A stretch of 64,000 nt of DNA from assembly GCA_964016885.1 (NCBI GenBank), contig OZ024743.1, forward strand, positions 70,990,001 to 71,054,000, given 5' to 3'. Under the pieces are notes generated by a model. The model was not told the origin of the DNA. It did no database searches and worked only from the letters and a program-made list of their open reading frames with translations. Source of the DNA: Eledone cirrhosa. Its lineage: Eukaryota. The stretch's first letter is position 1. Each line of letters opens with the position of its first letter. Shown piece after piece: positions 1-12,692 of the stretch. Position numbers and translations under genes: made by a program.

Positions 1-309
1 AGTTAATGTGATATTAACACATTGTATCAAATAATTTGGCTTTTAACTATAGTATTATATATGTGATGTAGTATCAGATAGTTTTTGTGTGATATTAATG
101 CACTGTGAGAAGGTGCATGGCTTAGTGGTTAGAACGTTGGGCTTGCAATTCTGAGGTTGTGAGTCTAATTTTCAGACCAGGTGATGCATTGTGTCCTTGA
201 GCAAAACACTTTATTTCATGTTTTTCTAGTTTCCTTGGCTGTAGAAATGAGTTGTGACGTCACTGGTGCCTAGCTGTATTGACCATAGCCTTTATCTTGG
301 TCAACATTA

Positions 310-1055
310 TATATAGTGTATACATTACATATATATATGTATATATGTATGTATGTATGTATGTATATATATATCATCACCGTTTAACGTCTATCTTCCA
401 TGCTAGCATGGGTTTGTATGTATATATATATATATATATATATGTATATGTATATATGTATGTATGTATATATGTATATATATATATTTGTATGTATATA
501 TATATATATGTATATATGTATGTATATATATATGTATGTATATATGTATATATATATGTATGTATATATGTATATATATATATATGTATGTATATATGTA
601 TATATATATGTATATATATATGTATGTATATATATATATATATGTATGTATATATATCATCATCATCATCGTTTAACGTCCATCTTCCACGCTTGCATGG
701 GCTTGGACGGGAGTTTTCCCACTTGAGGCAAGAGTGGTTGTCTTGCTCGCATAGGACTGTCTGGCGGGTTTTCTACGGCTGGGTATGAATATATATATAT
801 ATGTATATATATATATGTATGTATGTATATATATGTATGTATATATGTATGTATATATATATGTATGTATATATGTATGTATATATATATATGTATGTAT
901 ATATATATATGTATGTATATATATATATGTATGTATATATATATGTATGTATATATGTATGTATGTATGTATGTATATATATGTATGTATGTATATATAT
1001 GTATGTATGTATGTATATATATGTATATATATATGTATATATATATGTATGTATG

Positions 1056-1088
<33 letters not shown>

Positions 1089-1364
1089 ATATATATATGT
1101 ATGTATGTATATATATATGTATGTATATATATATGTATGTATGTATGTATATATATATATGTATGTATGTATGTATATATATATGTATGTATGTATGTAT
1201 ATATGTATGTATGTATGTGTGTATATATATACTTATATGTATGTATATTTATATATACATTATACATACCATGTATATATAGTGTATATTAGTAGCGATG
1301 TCACTGGTGCCAGGCTGTATTGGCCATTACTTTTGCCTTGGTCAACATCATATATAGTATATAC

Positions 1365-1458
<94 letters not shown>

Positions 1459-1460
1459 TA
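310..1460. repeat. (TA)n/(TATG)n compound microsatellite interrupted by SINE pieces
   Basis: direct reading. Confidence 0.95.
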
Positions 1461-2184
1461 GCATGTATACATCGTGTATATATGATTAGCAACGTCACTG
1501 GGACCAAGCTGTATCCGCCGTTGCTTTTGCCTTGGTCAACGTTGGTGGCATGGAGAGGGGAGACTGGTATTATGGGCAACTGCTGGTTTTCCACAAATAA
1601 CATTGCCCAGATTTGTGCCTAAGAGGAAACTATCTAGGCGCAAATTCTATGGTAATTCATGACCGAAGGGAGTTTTTAATGCACTCTATAAAATATTTTT
1701 GGCTTTAACAATAGAATTGTCTATGTGATGCAGTAACAAATAGTTCATGTGATATCAATGCATTGTATCAAATATTTTGGCTTTAACTACAGAATTATCT
1801 ATGCAATATAGTATCATATAGTTAGATATTAGTGCTGTATCAAATATTTAGCTTTACACATGTCTTGTTGTCATAACTACTGCAACTAACAGAACTTTAT
1901 CAAACACTATTTCTATGGATGTGTCATGTTATTGTTACATACACGTGTTGTAATATCAAATAGTTGTTAGTGTGATATATTGTACTGTATCAAATATTTT
2001 GGCTTTACATATGTCTTGTTTGTCAGATAGAATGCTTCATAGTATTCATTCCAGCTCTCAGCATTCAAAGTTGCCTTTCATCCTTTCAAGGTTGATAAAT
2101 AAAGTTTATTACTTTTTCTCCCTTGCTTTCACTAGAAGAGATTGACTGTATTCACACTTGCAGAGGGATGGACTTCACTAAGGT

Positions 2185-2531
2185 TTAACCCTTTAGTTAC
2201 CAACCCAGCTAAAACTGGCTCTGCTTCTATGAAATAAAATCATCCATTTTAAAGGTTTCTAATTTAAATTGAAATCTTCCCACATAATTTTATATGAGAA
2301 CCTTACATTAAATTACTCTCTCAGTAATGAAATAATTAATAATTTTAGCAAATCTCTCAATACTCTTCATTAAGTAATTAAAATATAGTGTTTCATTAGA
2401 AATATGGTCATGGAAGGGTTAAGTTATCTTAGTAATGAAATAATTAATTATATTAGTAAATCCCTCAATATTCTCATTAATTAATTAAGATAGTGTGCAT
2501 TTCATTAGAAATGTGGTCATGAAAGGGTTAA
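2185..2531. mobile_element. piggyBac-type MITE with duplicated 3' end
   Basis: TTAACCCTTT start; AAGGGTTAA ends at both 2422 and 2531, each preceded by about 100 similar bases. Confidence 0.6.
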
Positions 2532-3432
2532 ATGCCTAAGACGTGCATGTCTTGTTGCTATAACTACTGTATATAACTAAGCTCTACCAAATACTATTTC
2601 TATATATGTACTAAGATATCGCATTTGCTAATGAGGACAATGTTTTTATCTCATCATATTATCCTATATATGCATGTTGATGAGTGGAAGAAATCGTCAA
2701 GAAAGTAGAAAAGTAGAGAGTTATAGCTTGCAGTACTTAGTTCTGTTTCTCTCCATGTGGATTTGAAAACCTGGCCTTTCAAGTTCCTCCGGGGCCAGTT
2801 AAAGAAAGTCTGTGTAAAATACACTTGTGATAAGCATGGAAACCATTGTACAGTTGTTTTAAATATAAATTCACATTTTTATCATATTTTACTAATAAAA
2901 TTCTATTGCTTTGCTAGAATCTCTAAACTTTTGAAAGTTTGTGAACATCACAATAGGGAACAATATATATCTTGTTCATTCTTTAAGTAGACATGTAGGT
3001 GTGTGTGTCTACATGTGTGTATGGTACATATGGAGGTGTGTGGCTTCCTATTGAGGGGATTTGGCTCACAATAGTAAAGTTGTTAGTTCAATTCCTGGTG
3101 GTATGATGTGTCCTTTTGCAAGACACATCATTTCACATTGCTCTATTCTACCCAACTAGAAAATAGATATACCACACTTGAACAAATCAATACTGCAGTC
3201 CATTTGATTGATTAATCTCTTCAAACCAGTATGACTGCAGTCTAATGACTGAAGCCTTATTCATTCTTTAAGTTATGTCTGTACCTGCTGTGTGATACAG
3301 GTGGAGGTGCATGACTTAATGGTTACAATTTTATGAACATGAATTCAGTTCTGGGCAGCATATCCTTGGGCAAGACACTTTATTTCACATTGCTCTAGTA
3401 CACCCAGTTGGAAATAAAAATACACTTGAAAG

Positions 3433-3495
<63 letters not shown>

Positions 3496-3571
3496 CTTGC
3501 CCAAGGATATACTGCCCAGAACTGAACTCATGTTCATAAAATTGTAACCCAAACATTGTAACCATTAAGTC

Positions 3572-3615
<44 letters not shown>

Positions 3616-3859
3616 TTTTATAATATATGTATATATTCTGGGTTGATCAGATTGACTAAATAAATAAATCTCAAGGTGTTACCCCAGTATGGCCGTAGTC
3701 TGGTGACTGAATGGTGAAACAATAAAAGAAAATCAATTCCTAGTTGTAATATATCTGTAATCTTTGTCGGTTTTAATCATTTCTGTAAATTACTTCATAA
3801 AGCTGTGTTTTACTAATCTCCCCCTCCTTTATTGGTAACCCTTTGTCTTATGATCACAG

Positions 3860-3877
3860 GCAATTCTGGTCATTTCC
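3860..3877 (+). CDS. candidate 18-nt frame-preserving microexon of the Fat-like gene
   Basis: branch-like TACTAAT (3811-3817), AG-free pyrimidine tract, cacag acceptor, perfect gtaagt donor; open in phase 1. Confidence 0.5.
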
Positions 3878-5644
3878 GTAAGTGAACTTGACACCATTCA
3901 ACCACTGACCATCCTGTAATGTTTAAAATATGTCACATTCTACTAGATTTTATTGTAATCTTTACTCGTTTCTTTTGGTTACCAACCGGACCAAACCAGC
4001 TCTTATTATTGGCAGTATCGGTAGAGGGTCGGACGCCATGCTTTCTAGCATATTAACGTCCCTTTACAATCTGAGTTCAAATCCCACCGAGGTTGAATTT
4101 GCCTTTCATCCTTACGGGGTCGATAAAATAAAGTACTAGTAATGTATTGGGTAATTGGTGGCCTTGTGCCTAAAGTAGAAACAATTATGACATAAAGCCA
4201 CCATTTTAAAGGTTTCCAATTTAAATTAAAATCTTCCACTATAATTTTATATCAGAACCTTACATTAAGTTACTATCTTAATAATGAAATAATTAATAAT
4301 TTTAGTAAATCCCTCAAAATTGTTCATTAATTAATTATTATTTTATTACAAATAGTCATATTTTTTTTCAATGCAGTCTTTTTTTGTGAGGCCGCGGGGG
4401 GTGTATTATGAAACCCTTTCCCGAAATGGTTGCCATAAGTGGCGGAATAACAGAAAATTAGTAATTTACGACGATTTTCTAGGTCATATTTGTTAAAAGC
4501 ACATCGAAGTTTATATTTAAAAGAAAAAAAGCCATAAATTTCACCTTCGAAGTCCTAATCAACCCTAGCAAATATCTACGCTTAAATTTATACAAATTTT
4601 ACTATTACACACGTCTTGTAGAATGAAGAAAAAATTTAACTTTTGTATTTATTATGAATCATTCTATTAGGTTAAATTATTTTCTTCACTTTTCATTTCA
4701 ATTACGATTATTCCCGATTCTGGCTGATTATTACCGAACATTTTTACTTACAGGAATTACCGGAAATTTCCGTGATCTTAAAACGAAGAATTCCCCCAAC
4801 GACCTTTTTTTCTTTTTCGTTTTTTTACTAACTACTTACTTGCTATTTCTACTTTGTTTATTTTCCATCACTTGTTACAGTTATAAAAATACAAGGAGTG
4901 CTTGATACTCTGCCACAACAAATGTTGGATTTACTCATGGCATCTCTGTTTATTATTATACAAGTAGTCATTTTCTAATTTCAATCGAAGCAAATAGAAT
5001 TAAACAATAATAAAATATATTTTGCGGGAGGGAGGGGGCCGGGCTTTTGAGTTGAACAGGAAATATAATTAAACATCTTCAGTTCTCTCCCTTTGTCATT
5101 TGGGCATTATCCCCCCTTAGTAAGAGAAACGAATAATGAGGCCATGTCTGTGCACTTCTCATTTTAGTATATTCTCGCTCTCTCTCACACACACACATAC
5201 ATAATATCATTGAAATAAATTATTTTATTCCATTGTTATAATGTATCATTTTTGTCTACGTTCTTTTATTAAGTTTTAAATATATACATAACATTACAAA
5301 ATTGTTCACAAGACCTTCAGAATGTAAACAGAAACACAAATATAAATACATATATTAAATACAATTAACCATTGCTGGGAATCTTACAAATACAACACAC
5401 CAAAATACATAGTCAGAGCGAGACAAAGAAAAAAAAAGGGACAAAAACAAAAACCGGCCGTACATCACAAGAGAGAGAGAGAGAGAAAATCTGCGGTTTT
5501 GAGACAGGGAAGACCATTAATCATGGAAGTAGTCAATGTATGGGTTTTTACACACACACACATATATATATACATATACTCGCATATACGTAGAAAGCTG
5601 TGATGTGACGAAAACTAATCAAAAATGTTTATCTTCCATTTCAG

Positions 5645-5766
5645 GTGTTGTGTCTGTGATTGATGTTCTGGACTATGAAAAGATAAGCCAGTATAACCTG
5701 ACTGTCCGAGCTGCTGATGTACTCACTGGTGTATATACTGAGGCATTTATTTCTATCAACATAGTG
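5645..5766 (+). CDS. FAT1: Fat-like protocadherin exon (cadherin repeat, GVVSVIDVLDYE...SINIV)
   Basis: ttccatttcag acceptor, gtaag donor at 5767; LDYE cadherin motif; phase 1 in, phase 0 out, joins to DVND of next exon. Confidence 0.93.
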
Positions 5767-6351
5767 GTAAGAGTTCTCTCCCCTTCTACTACTGCACTCT
5801 TTTTACTTACTGTCATTCTCCTTAATCATGACCATCAAACATTCTCACTACCATCGTCAACAACACTGCCACCATCCTCTTTATAATAATTATGACGAAA
5901 GCGGTCAGTGGATAAACAGCATCGGTAGAGCTTCAGGTAAAAATTCTTCACAGTATTTGTTCTGAGTTCAAATCTGGCCATGGTCAACTTTGCCTTACAT
6001 CCTTCAAAGTTCGATAAAATAAAGTACCAGTCAAGCAATGGGTGTCCCTTAATCATATCCGCATAACGCAGGCCAGGACAGCCCATCATCTCCATCGATG
6101 GAAAACGAAAGACAGCTATATAGTGTACAAGATTCAGGGAATTACTGAGGGTGGTACCAAAACAATCACTCGACTATATTGTTTTTGTAACTGCCAACCT
6201 GAAGAGCCGATCGATAATGAAGTCGGGTACATAACTTCTATGGGAGACCCTGAACCAATCCTCGGCGAAACGCGCATAACAGATCGAAACAATAAAAATC
6301 TAAATACTTGTAAACGAAACTTCATCGTTCTTATTAATATATATATATATT

Positions 6352-6427
<76 letters not shown>

Positions 6428-6597
6428 TTTCGTACATCTAAATATATACAGTTTTAATAGATAAACGAAATTCACATACATGTATGTATACAGCTATGTC
6501 AAAGCTAAATTCTAATTATATATATACATGTGTGTATATTTGTCTATTTTCTTTTCCTCTTAACTTAACCATACATTGTCTCATTCTCTTTTGTCAG

Positions 6598-7420
6598 GAT
6601 GTCAATGACTGTAGCCCAGAGTTTGTCAGTGAAGTGTATAGCATCTCGGTATCAGAAGCTATCCTAATAGGGAGTTCTGTGATTCAAGTCCAGGCTAAAG
6701 ATGATGATAGTGGCATCAACGAGATGGTATTCTATCGACTTGCTCCAGCAGTTGGTGGAGAAGATGACACAAAATATTTCCAGATCAATCCAGGCTCTGG
6801 TGTTATTCACACAGTACTTCAGCTTGACCATGAGATTAAACCAGTCTACAGAGTGGCTGCAGTCGCCACGGACAGTGGTAACCCAGCACTCAGTTCATCA
6901 GTAGTGGTCAACATACGTGTGTTTGACCTCAATGACAATGCTCCCATTTTCCCACAGTATTACTACGATGTATCTATCTCAGATCAATCATCAAGAAACC
7001 AGTTCGTGACAAAGCTTCTTGCCAATGACCCAGACAGTTCCAATGCAAATTCACTGCGTTACGCCATCGCTCGTGGCAATCACAGACAAACATTTCAAAT
7101 CGATGCTAAAACTGGCATTCTACGCCTCTCACCAAACCGAGCACCAAGGCTGGAGTCATACTATGATCTCAGCGTCTCTGTAATGGATGGAGTGTTCACA
7201 AGTTACACCCAGGTGAGAATTAATGTGAAAAACAGCAACAATCATGCACCACAATTCTCACAGCAATTCTATTCATTCAAGTTCCCTGAAAACTATCCGA
7301 TTGAGGTTCTAATTGGGACTATAACTGCAGTTGACCACGATACTGGTTATTATGGTCAGCTCAGCTATTCCATTATTAGTCAGTCGGCCCAGAAAAATTT
7401 CAGGATTGATGCTGATACAG
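6598..7420 (+). CDS. FAT1: Fat-like protocadherin exon (about 2.5 cadherin repeats)
   Basis: ttgtcag|GATGTCAATGAC; DVNDCSP, LDHE, DLNDNAP motifs; donor ACAG|gtaaac; follows FAT1 repeat order as recalled. Confidence 0.97.
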
Positions 7421-7950
7421 GTAAACACCTTAATTCTTTACATTTCTTGCTGTCATTTTTTTAATATAATTTTATTGATTAGCTGGCTGATTGTGTGTGT
7501 GTTTGTATTCATATCATATAGTCACCAGTTCAATTCCTAGCTGTGCATTGTATCCGTGAACAAGATACTTTGTTTCACATACATCTATTTATGTTAAGGT
7601 TAGTGGCTTAGTGGTTAGGGTTTTGGCTTGCAATCATAATATGTTGAGTTCGATTCCCAGCAGTACATTATATCGGTGAACAAGCAAATTAATTTCACTT
7701 AGCTCCAGTTCACTCATTTGTTAAACAATGAGTTCAAGCTGTAATTCAAAAGACTTGCATTGTCCCACATTGTATCACATTAGACCTTAATAGTGCACGT
7801 GTCTGTGAAAATTCTGAGCCACTTGCATGATACTTTCATGGGCAGGCTATTCCATTGATCAAACAATTAAAACACACTTGAGTACAGTCTCAGTCTGTGA
7901 AGACCAATCCAACCTTTGCTAACAGGGAAGACAGATGTTAATTGAAGATG

Positions 7951-7994
<44 letters not shown>

Positions 7995-7996
<2 letters not shown>

Positions 7997-8148
7997 CATC
8001 ATCATCATTTTACATCCGCTTTTCCCTGCTTGCAAGGGTGGGGCTGGCCCTATTCAGCACAGCATCTCTCCACTTGTCACGGTCCTTCGTCATCTCCTCC
8101 GTGAGCTTCAGCGATCTGAGGTCTGCTCTCACCACCTCTGCCCATGTT
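7995..8148 (-). mobile_element. RTE LINE 3' end fragment with (GAT)n tail
   Basis: minus strand encodes KTWAEVVRADLRSLKLTEEMTKDRDKWRDAV then CCCACCCTTGCAAGCAGGGAAAAGCGGATG tail. Confidence 0.8.
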
Positions 8149-8170
8149 TTATATATATATATATATATAT

Positions 8171-8508
8171 GGAGGCACATGGCTTAGTGGTTAGAGCATT
8201 GGCCTTGCAATCGAAAGGTTGTGAGTTCAATTCTCAGACCGGGTGATGTGTTGTTTCCTTGAGCAAGACACTTTATTTCACATTGCTCCAGTTTACTCAG
8301 CTGTAGAAATGAGATGATAGGGACTGGGGTCCATATCATTCCACTGCAAAGTGGTCGTGGAGGTGCCACGGCAAAAAACCACCCATCACTCACTGTAAAT
8401 GAGGTTGGTGTTAGGAAGGGCATCCAGCTGTAGAAATCAAGCCAGAATCAGTTCCCGTCCCACCCTTGCAAGCAGGGAAAAGGCGGACATAAAATGAAAT
8501 GATGATGA
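8171..8508 (+). mobile_element. tRNA-derived SINE family B (CORE-like centre, RTE-derived tail)
   Basis: TGGCTTAGTGG A box, GTTCAATTC B box, CCTTGAGCAAGACACTT centre, (GAT)n tail; near-identical copies elsewhere in window. Confidence 0.9.
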
Positions 8509-8929
8509 TATATATATATATAGAGAGAGAGAGATATGTTAGTGTTGGTGATCTACATGATAAATGCACCCTGTACACGCTATTGGTGATAGGAAGGACC
8601 TCCAGCCATAGAAATCTTACCAAACAAAAGGGCCTCGAGGACCCTCATTTGTGTCAAAGATATGACAACATCTCCTGTGCACTCGGTGGAGCATCCACAG
8701 TACATAAAGCAAGGCACAGAGAGATCAGTGGCTCCGCTTCAGTACTGACTTGGTCTATGTAGACTCGTCCAACCCTTGCTAGCAGGGAAAGTAGACATCA
8801 GAGCGATGACGATGGTGTGTGTAAGTCTTGGTGTGTCTGTGTGTTAGTGTGTTTGGGTTGTATATAACATATGTTCTCTGTCAACCCTATTTTCAATTTT
8901 TTTTTATTTTCTGTTTCTCTGCCAATCAG

Positions 8930-9138
8930 GTGAACTGTTCTCATTGATCCAATTTGATCGAGAGAAAGTATCAAAATACATGATTCCAGTTGCTGCTGAA
9001 GATGGTGGAGGTAGAATGGGCTTTACCACCGTCTATGTCCATATCAGTGACCAAAATGATAATCTACCTCAATTCTACATTCGAGATTACAAAGCCTCAG
9101 TTTATGCTAATTCTTCTGTTGGAACCAGCATTGTTCAG
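8930..9138 (+). CDS. FAT1: Fat-like protocadherin exon (GELFSLIQFDRE...GTSIVQ)
   Basis: polypyrimidine tract plus cag acceptor; FDRE, DGGG, DQNDNLP motifs; donor CAG|gtaaaa; phases 1 to 0. Confidence 0.95.
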
Positions 9139-9584
9139 GTAAAACTCTACTCCTTTATTCTCTCATTCATACCTTTAATCTCTTTTTCATATATACCTTT
9201 ACTATATACCACACCACACCGCCACATTACATTAGAACACCATATTATCACACCATACCACATTACAACACCACACCACACCATACCGCACCACAGTACA
9301 TTACACCATAATACCATCACAACACACCACCACCACACACTTCACTGCACTACATTACACCAAATTTACACCATCACAGCACCACACTACCACCCAACAC
9401 CACAACACATGACATTACACCACAGTACAATACCACACCAAACTATTCTATCATATTACACCACACTAAACAGTACCACAACACATCATGCCACACCACA
9501 CCACACTGCACCACCACACAACAACACATCACCACACTACTTCCAGTGTCCATTCTCTAATTTCCACCCCTTTCTCTTATTCAG

Positions 9585-9729
9585 GTAAAAGGCCTTGACC
9601 CAGATGAAGGTAAAAATGGTGAAATTATTTACTCGTTATATCTGGAAGATGACAGTGAAGTGATGCAGTTGTTTGCTATTAACAACAAAACTGGAATTTT
9701 GTCTGTGAAAGGAAACCTACAACAAGCAG
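9585..9729 (+). CDS. FAT1: Fat-like protocadherin exon (VKGLDPDEGKNGEIIYSL...GNLQQA), absent from ORF track
   Basis: manual translation gives DxDxGxNG cadherin motif; ttcag acceptor, G|gtaat donor; phases 0 to 1. Confidence 0.92.
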
Positions 9730-9744
9730 GTAATATAGGCCTTT

Positions 9745-9990
9745 GTTAGTTGTAGTGTTAGTGTGCATGAATGATACAACATCAGGTGCAGTGTTAGTGT
9801 GCATGAATGGTGAAACATCAGATGCAGTGTTAGTGTGCATGAATGGTGAAACATCAGATGCAGTATTAGTGTGCATGAATGGTGAAACATCAGATGCAGT
9901 GTTAGTGTGCATGAATGATGCAACATGGAGGTGCTGAGAGAAAAATTGCACTTAAGTGACATTGAATGCAGTGTTAGTGTACATGAAGCA
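9745..9990. repeat. 36-bp minisatellite
   Basis: gcagtgttagtgtgcatgaatggtgaaacatcagat, about 5-6 units. Confidence 0.85.
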
Positions 9991-10102
9991 TGTGTAAGGA
10001 TGATTATCATTGGATGAAGTAATATCAGGAGTTCCCAATGGAAGGTAGTTGTAGATGAAGAAAACTGAGGAAAACCTAGGCAGAAGGGTTGGGTAGTGAC
10101 TC

Positions 10103-10155
<53 letters not shown>

Positions 10156-10715
10156 GAGAGAGAGAGATTAAAAAAGACAAACACAGAAATACAATTATAT
10201 GTCTTATTAGTTTCATACTTGTTAAAAAAAGGAATGTCTCAACATATCAAACATTAGTCCTTCATCAGGAAAGTTATCAGTGTGTGTTTGTAGATATGTG
10301 CTTGTTCAGTTGTTTGTGTGTATGTATGCATATTTTTATCTCTGAGTTCTTAGCTGTGTATTTATATGTTGTTTGTGTGTGTGTATGTATGTGTCTATTT
10401 AGTTGTGTGTGCGTGTATGTTGTTTGTGTTGGTGTGTGTGTGCGTGTGTGCATGCATGTCTTTGTCTTTGAGTTCTTAGCTGAGTGTGTGTATTTGTATG
10501 TCTGAGTGCGTGTTTTGTGGGTGTTATCAAAATCTTTCTCTAAATTAACAAACCCCAAAAGAAAATTCTTCCTTTTGTCCTGTACTTCTCCAGTACTTCC
10601 CCTCACAATATAAATGGTGTCAGTTGTTCCTCTCCAACAATGAAAGATTAGGGAATTGATGATAAATTGGAATAGTAGCCCCTAAAGACACATTGAATTA
10701 GTATTGGTTACACTC

Positions 10716-11200
10716 TTAATCCTTTTGTTACCAAACCATCCCTAGTTCTATAATATAAAGCTATTTATTTGAAAGTGTTTATATTCATTTAAAAAGGTTC
10801 CATTACAATTTCATGTAAGAATTTTTGTTAGATTTTGTTCCAAACACAAGTTTACTAATGGACAAGTTACTAAACCCCTTTGAATATTTGATTATTTTCA
10901 AAATTATTTAGAATTCATAGAATAATGAGAAAAAGTCAATACAAAAATAACTGCTAAAACAGCAAAAATGCCAGCAATGGCAGCATAGGTAAAAATTACC
11001 TCAAAAGAGAGAAATCAGTGGTTAGAAGTGTGCTGGCCCTCAGAAGTGATAGGAAGAAGGAAAGAAAGGAAGAAAATGAATAAGATAGGATCGTACGCAC
11101 ATCTTTTGACCTCTTCATCTTTCAGGCCATCTGTGGTTTCACACAATATAAAAATCATACACAGTATCATTCATTAGATATCTGGTAACAAAAGGGTTAA
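10716..11200. mobile_element. piggyBac-type MITE, second family
   Basis: TTAATCCTTTTGTTACCA ... TGGTAACAAAAGGGTTAA. Confidence 0.7.
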
Positions 11201-11340
11201 AGTCACTCTTATTATTTGTCTTCAGAGGGCGGTGGATTTGGATTGGCAGTATTAGTAGAGTGTCGGACGCCATGCTTTCTAGCATAGAGTTACGGCCCTT
11301 TATGATATGAGTTCAAATCCCGCCGAAGTTAGCTTTGTCT

Positions 11341-11540
11341 NNNNNNNNNNNNNNNNNNNNNNNNNNNNNNNNNNNNNNNNNNNNNNNNNNNNNNNNNNNN
11401 NNNNNNNNNNNNNNNNNNNNNNNNNNNNNNNNNNNNNNNNNNNNNNNNNNNNNNNNNNNNNNNNNNNNNNNNNNNNNNNNNNNNNNNNNNNNNNNNNNNN
11501 NNNNNNNNNNNNNNNNNNNNNNNNNNNNNNNNNNNNNNNN
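11341..11540. other. assembly gap (200 N)
   Basis: run of n; left edge ends inside a SINE. Confidence 1.
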
Positions 11541-11943
11541 CCCCATCCACATTCCTCAAATTGTTCCGTGCCCATGACAAAGATGAGAAAAACACCAGAA
11601 ACTCCAGGATCCAATACCATCTGAGTGGTATGAACTCAGATATGTTTAGTATGGGTGTTCATACAGGTAGGTGAAAAATATTCTCTCCATTACACCCAGA
11701 TCTTCACACAACAAACAAGCCCAGTATTAATCCTAACACCAAACACATTTACAGTGTGGAACACATTTACAGTGTGATTAAATGTTTATGTTTATCTTAG
11801 AAACTTTCTATTATAATTTTATGTAATGTTCTGCCAAACAACAGCTTAATATGGATAAAGTTAGTTAAATTACTAAATCCTTTCAAAATCTTGATTATTT
11901 TCAAGATTATTTCTCTACTTCTGTGCATATATATATATATATA

Positions 11944-12032
11944 CAGGTGTCCCAAAAAATGTATACACACATTGAGTACCTGTACAGGCAATATTTATTA
12001 GAATGGTGTATGCCTTTTTTGGGGACACCCTG
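11944..12032. mobile_element. tiny Tc1/mariner-type MITE
   Basis: TA-caggtgtcccaaaaaa ... ttttttggggacaccctg-TA. Confidence 0.7.
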
Positions 12033-12458
12033 TATATATGTTTGTTTTGTGTATGTTTATATATATATATGCATATATCTGTATATATATATATAGAGAG
12101 AGAGAAAAGGTGAAGTTAGAAATAGCATAGAAAATATATTTTAGGGTCTGTTTTTCTTTTTTTATCCTTTCTTTGATTCATCAAAGTGAAATTATTGAAA
12201 AAATGAGAGGGACAATTCTTTTTAAAAAAAGTGTTATAATGTATATAATGTATATAAAGTATTACCGGTTTCGATGTAGCATTAAAATTCATCTTATCAA
12301 ATGTTGAATATTGAAATAAAAAATTAATAAGAATTAATAGGAGTTAAAAGCTAAAAAATAAAGATTTAAAATTAAAACCAAATGCTGGAGTAAGTTTTTT
12401 CCCCGTCTTTCTTGCTCAAAATTTGGCTGGAGAATATATATATATTACTATTGTCTAG

Positions 12459-12692
12459 GTGTACTGACCATCAGAAATCCCCTTGATCGAGAACAACAGG
12501 ATGAATACCATCTTGCTGTCCATGCCGTGGATGGAGGTGGTCGTTCCTGTACCACAGATGTTCTAATTAGTGTCCAAGACATCAATGACAATGCCCCTCA
12601 GTTCTCTATACCACTCCGAAATGTCTCGCTACCTGAAGATGCCCAAGTCAACACTTTAATAACACGTCTGACAGCAACCGACCGTGATGCCG
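12459..12692 (+). CDS. FAT1: Fat-like protocadherin exon (GVLTIRNPLDRE...ATDRDA)
   Basis: tctag acceptor, gtaagt donor; LDRE, DGGGR, DINDNAP motifs; phases 1 to 1. Confidence 0.95.

Noticed and set aside
279-1622. Long Y/I/M/C/V-rich ORFs (also 23597-25176, 50070-50486, 62056-62557)
   Set aside because: Translations of (TA)n/(TATG)n/(CATA)n microsatellites that lack stop codons
8171-8245. tRNA gene
   Set aside because: A/B boxes belong to SINE heads; no full cloverleaf and sequence continues into SINE body
11300-11624. ORFs spanning X residues
   Set aside because: Artefacts of the N gap
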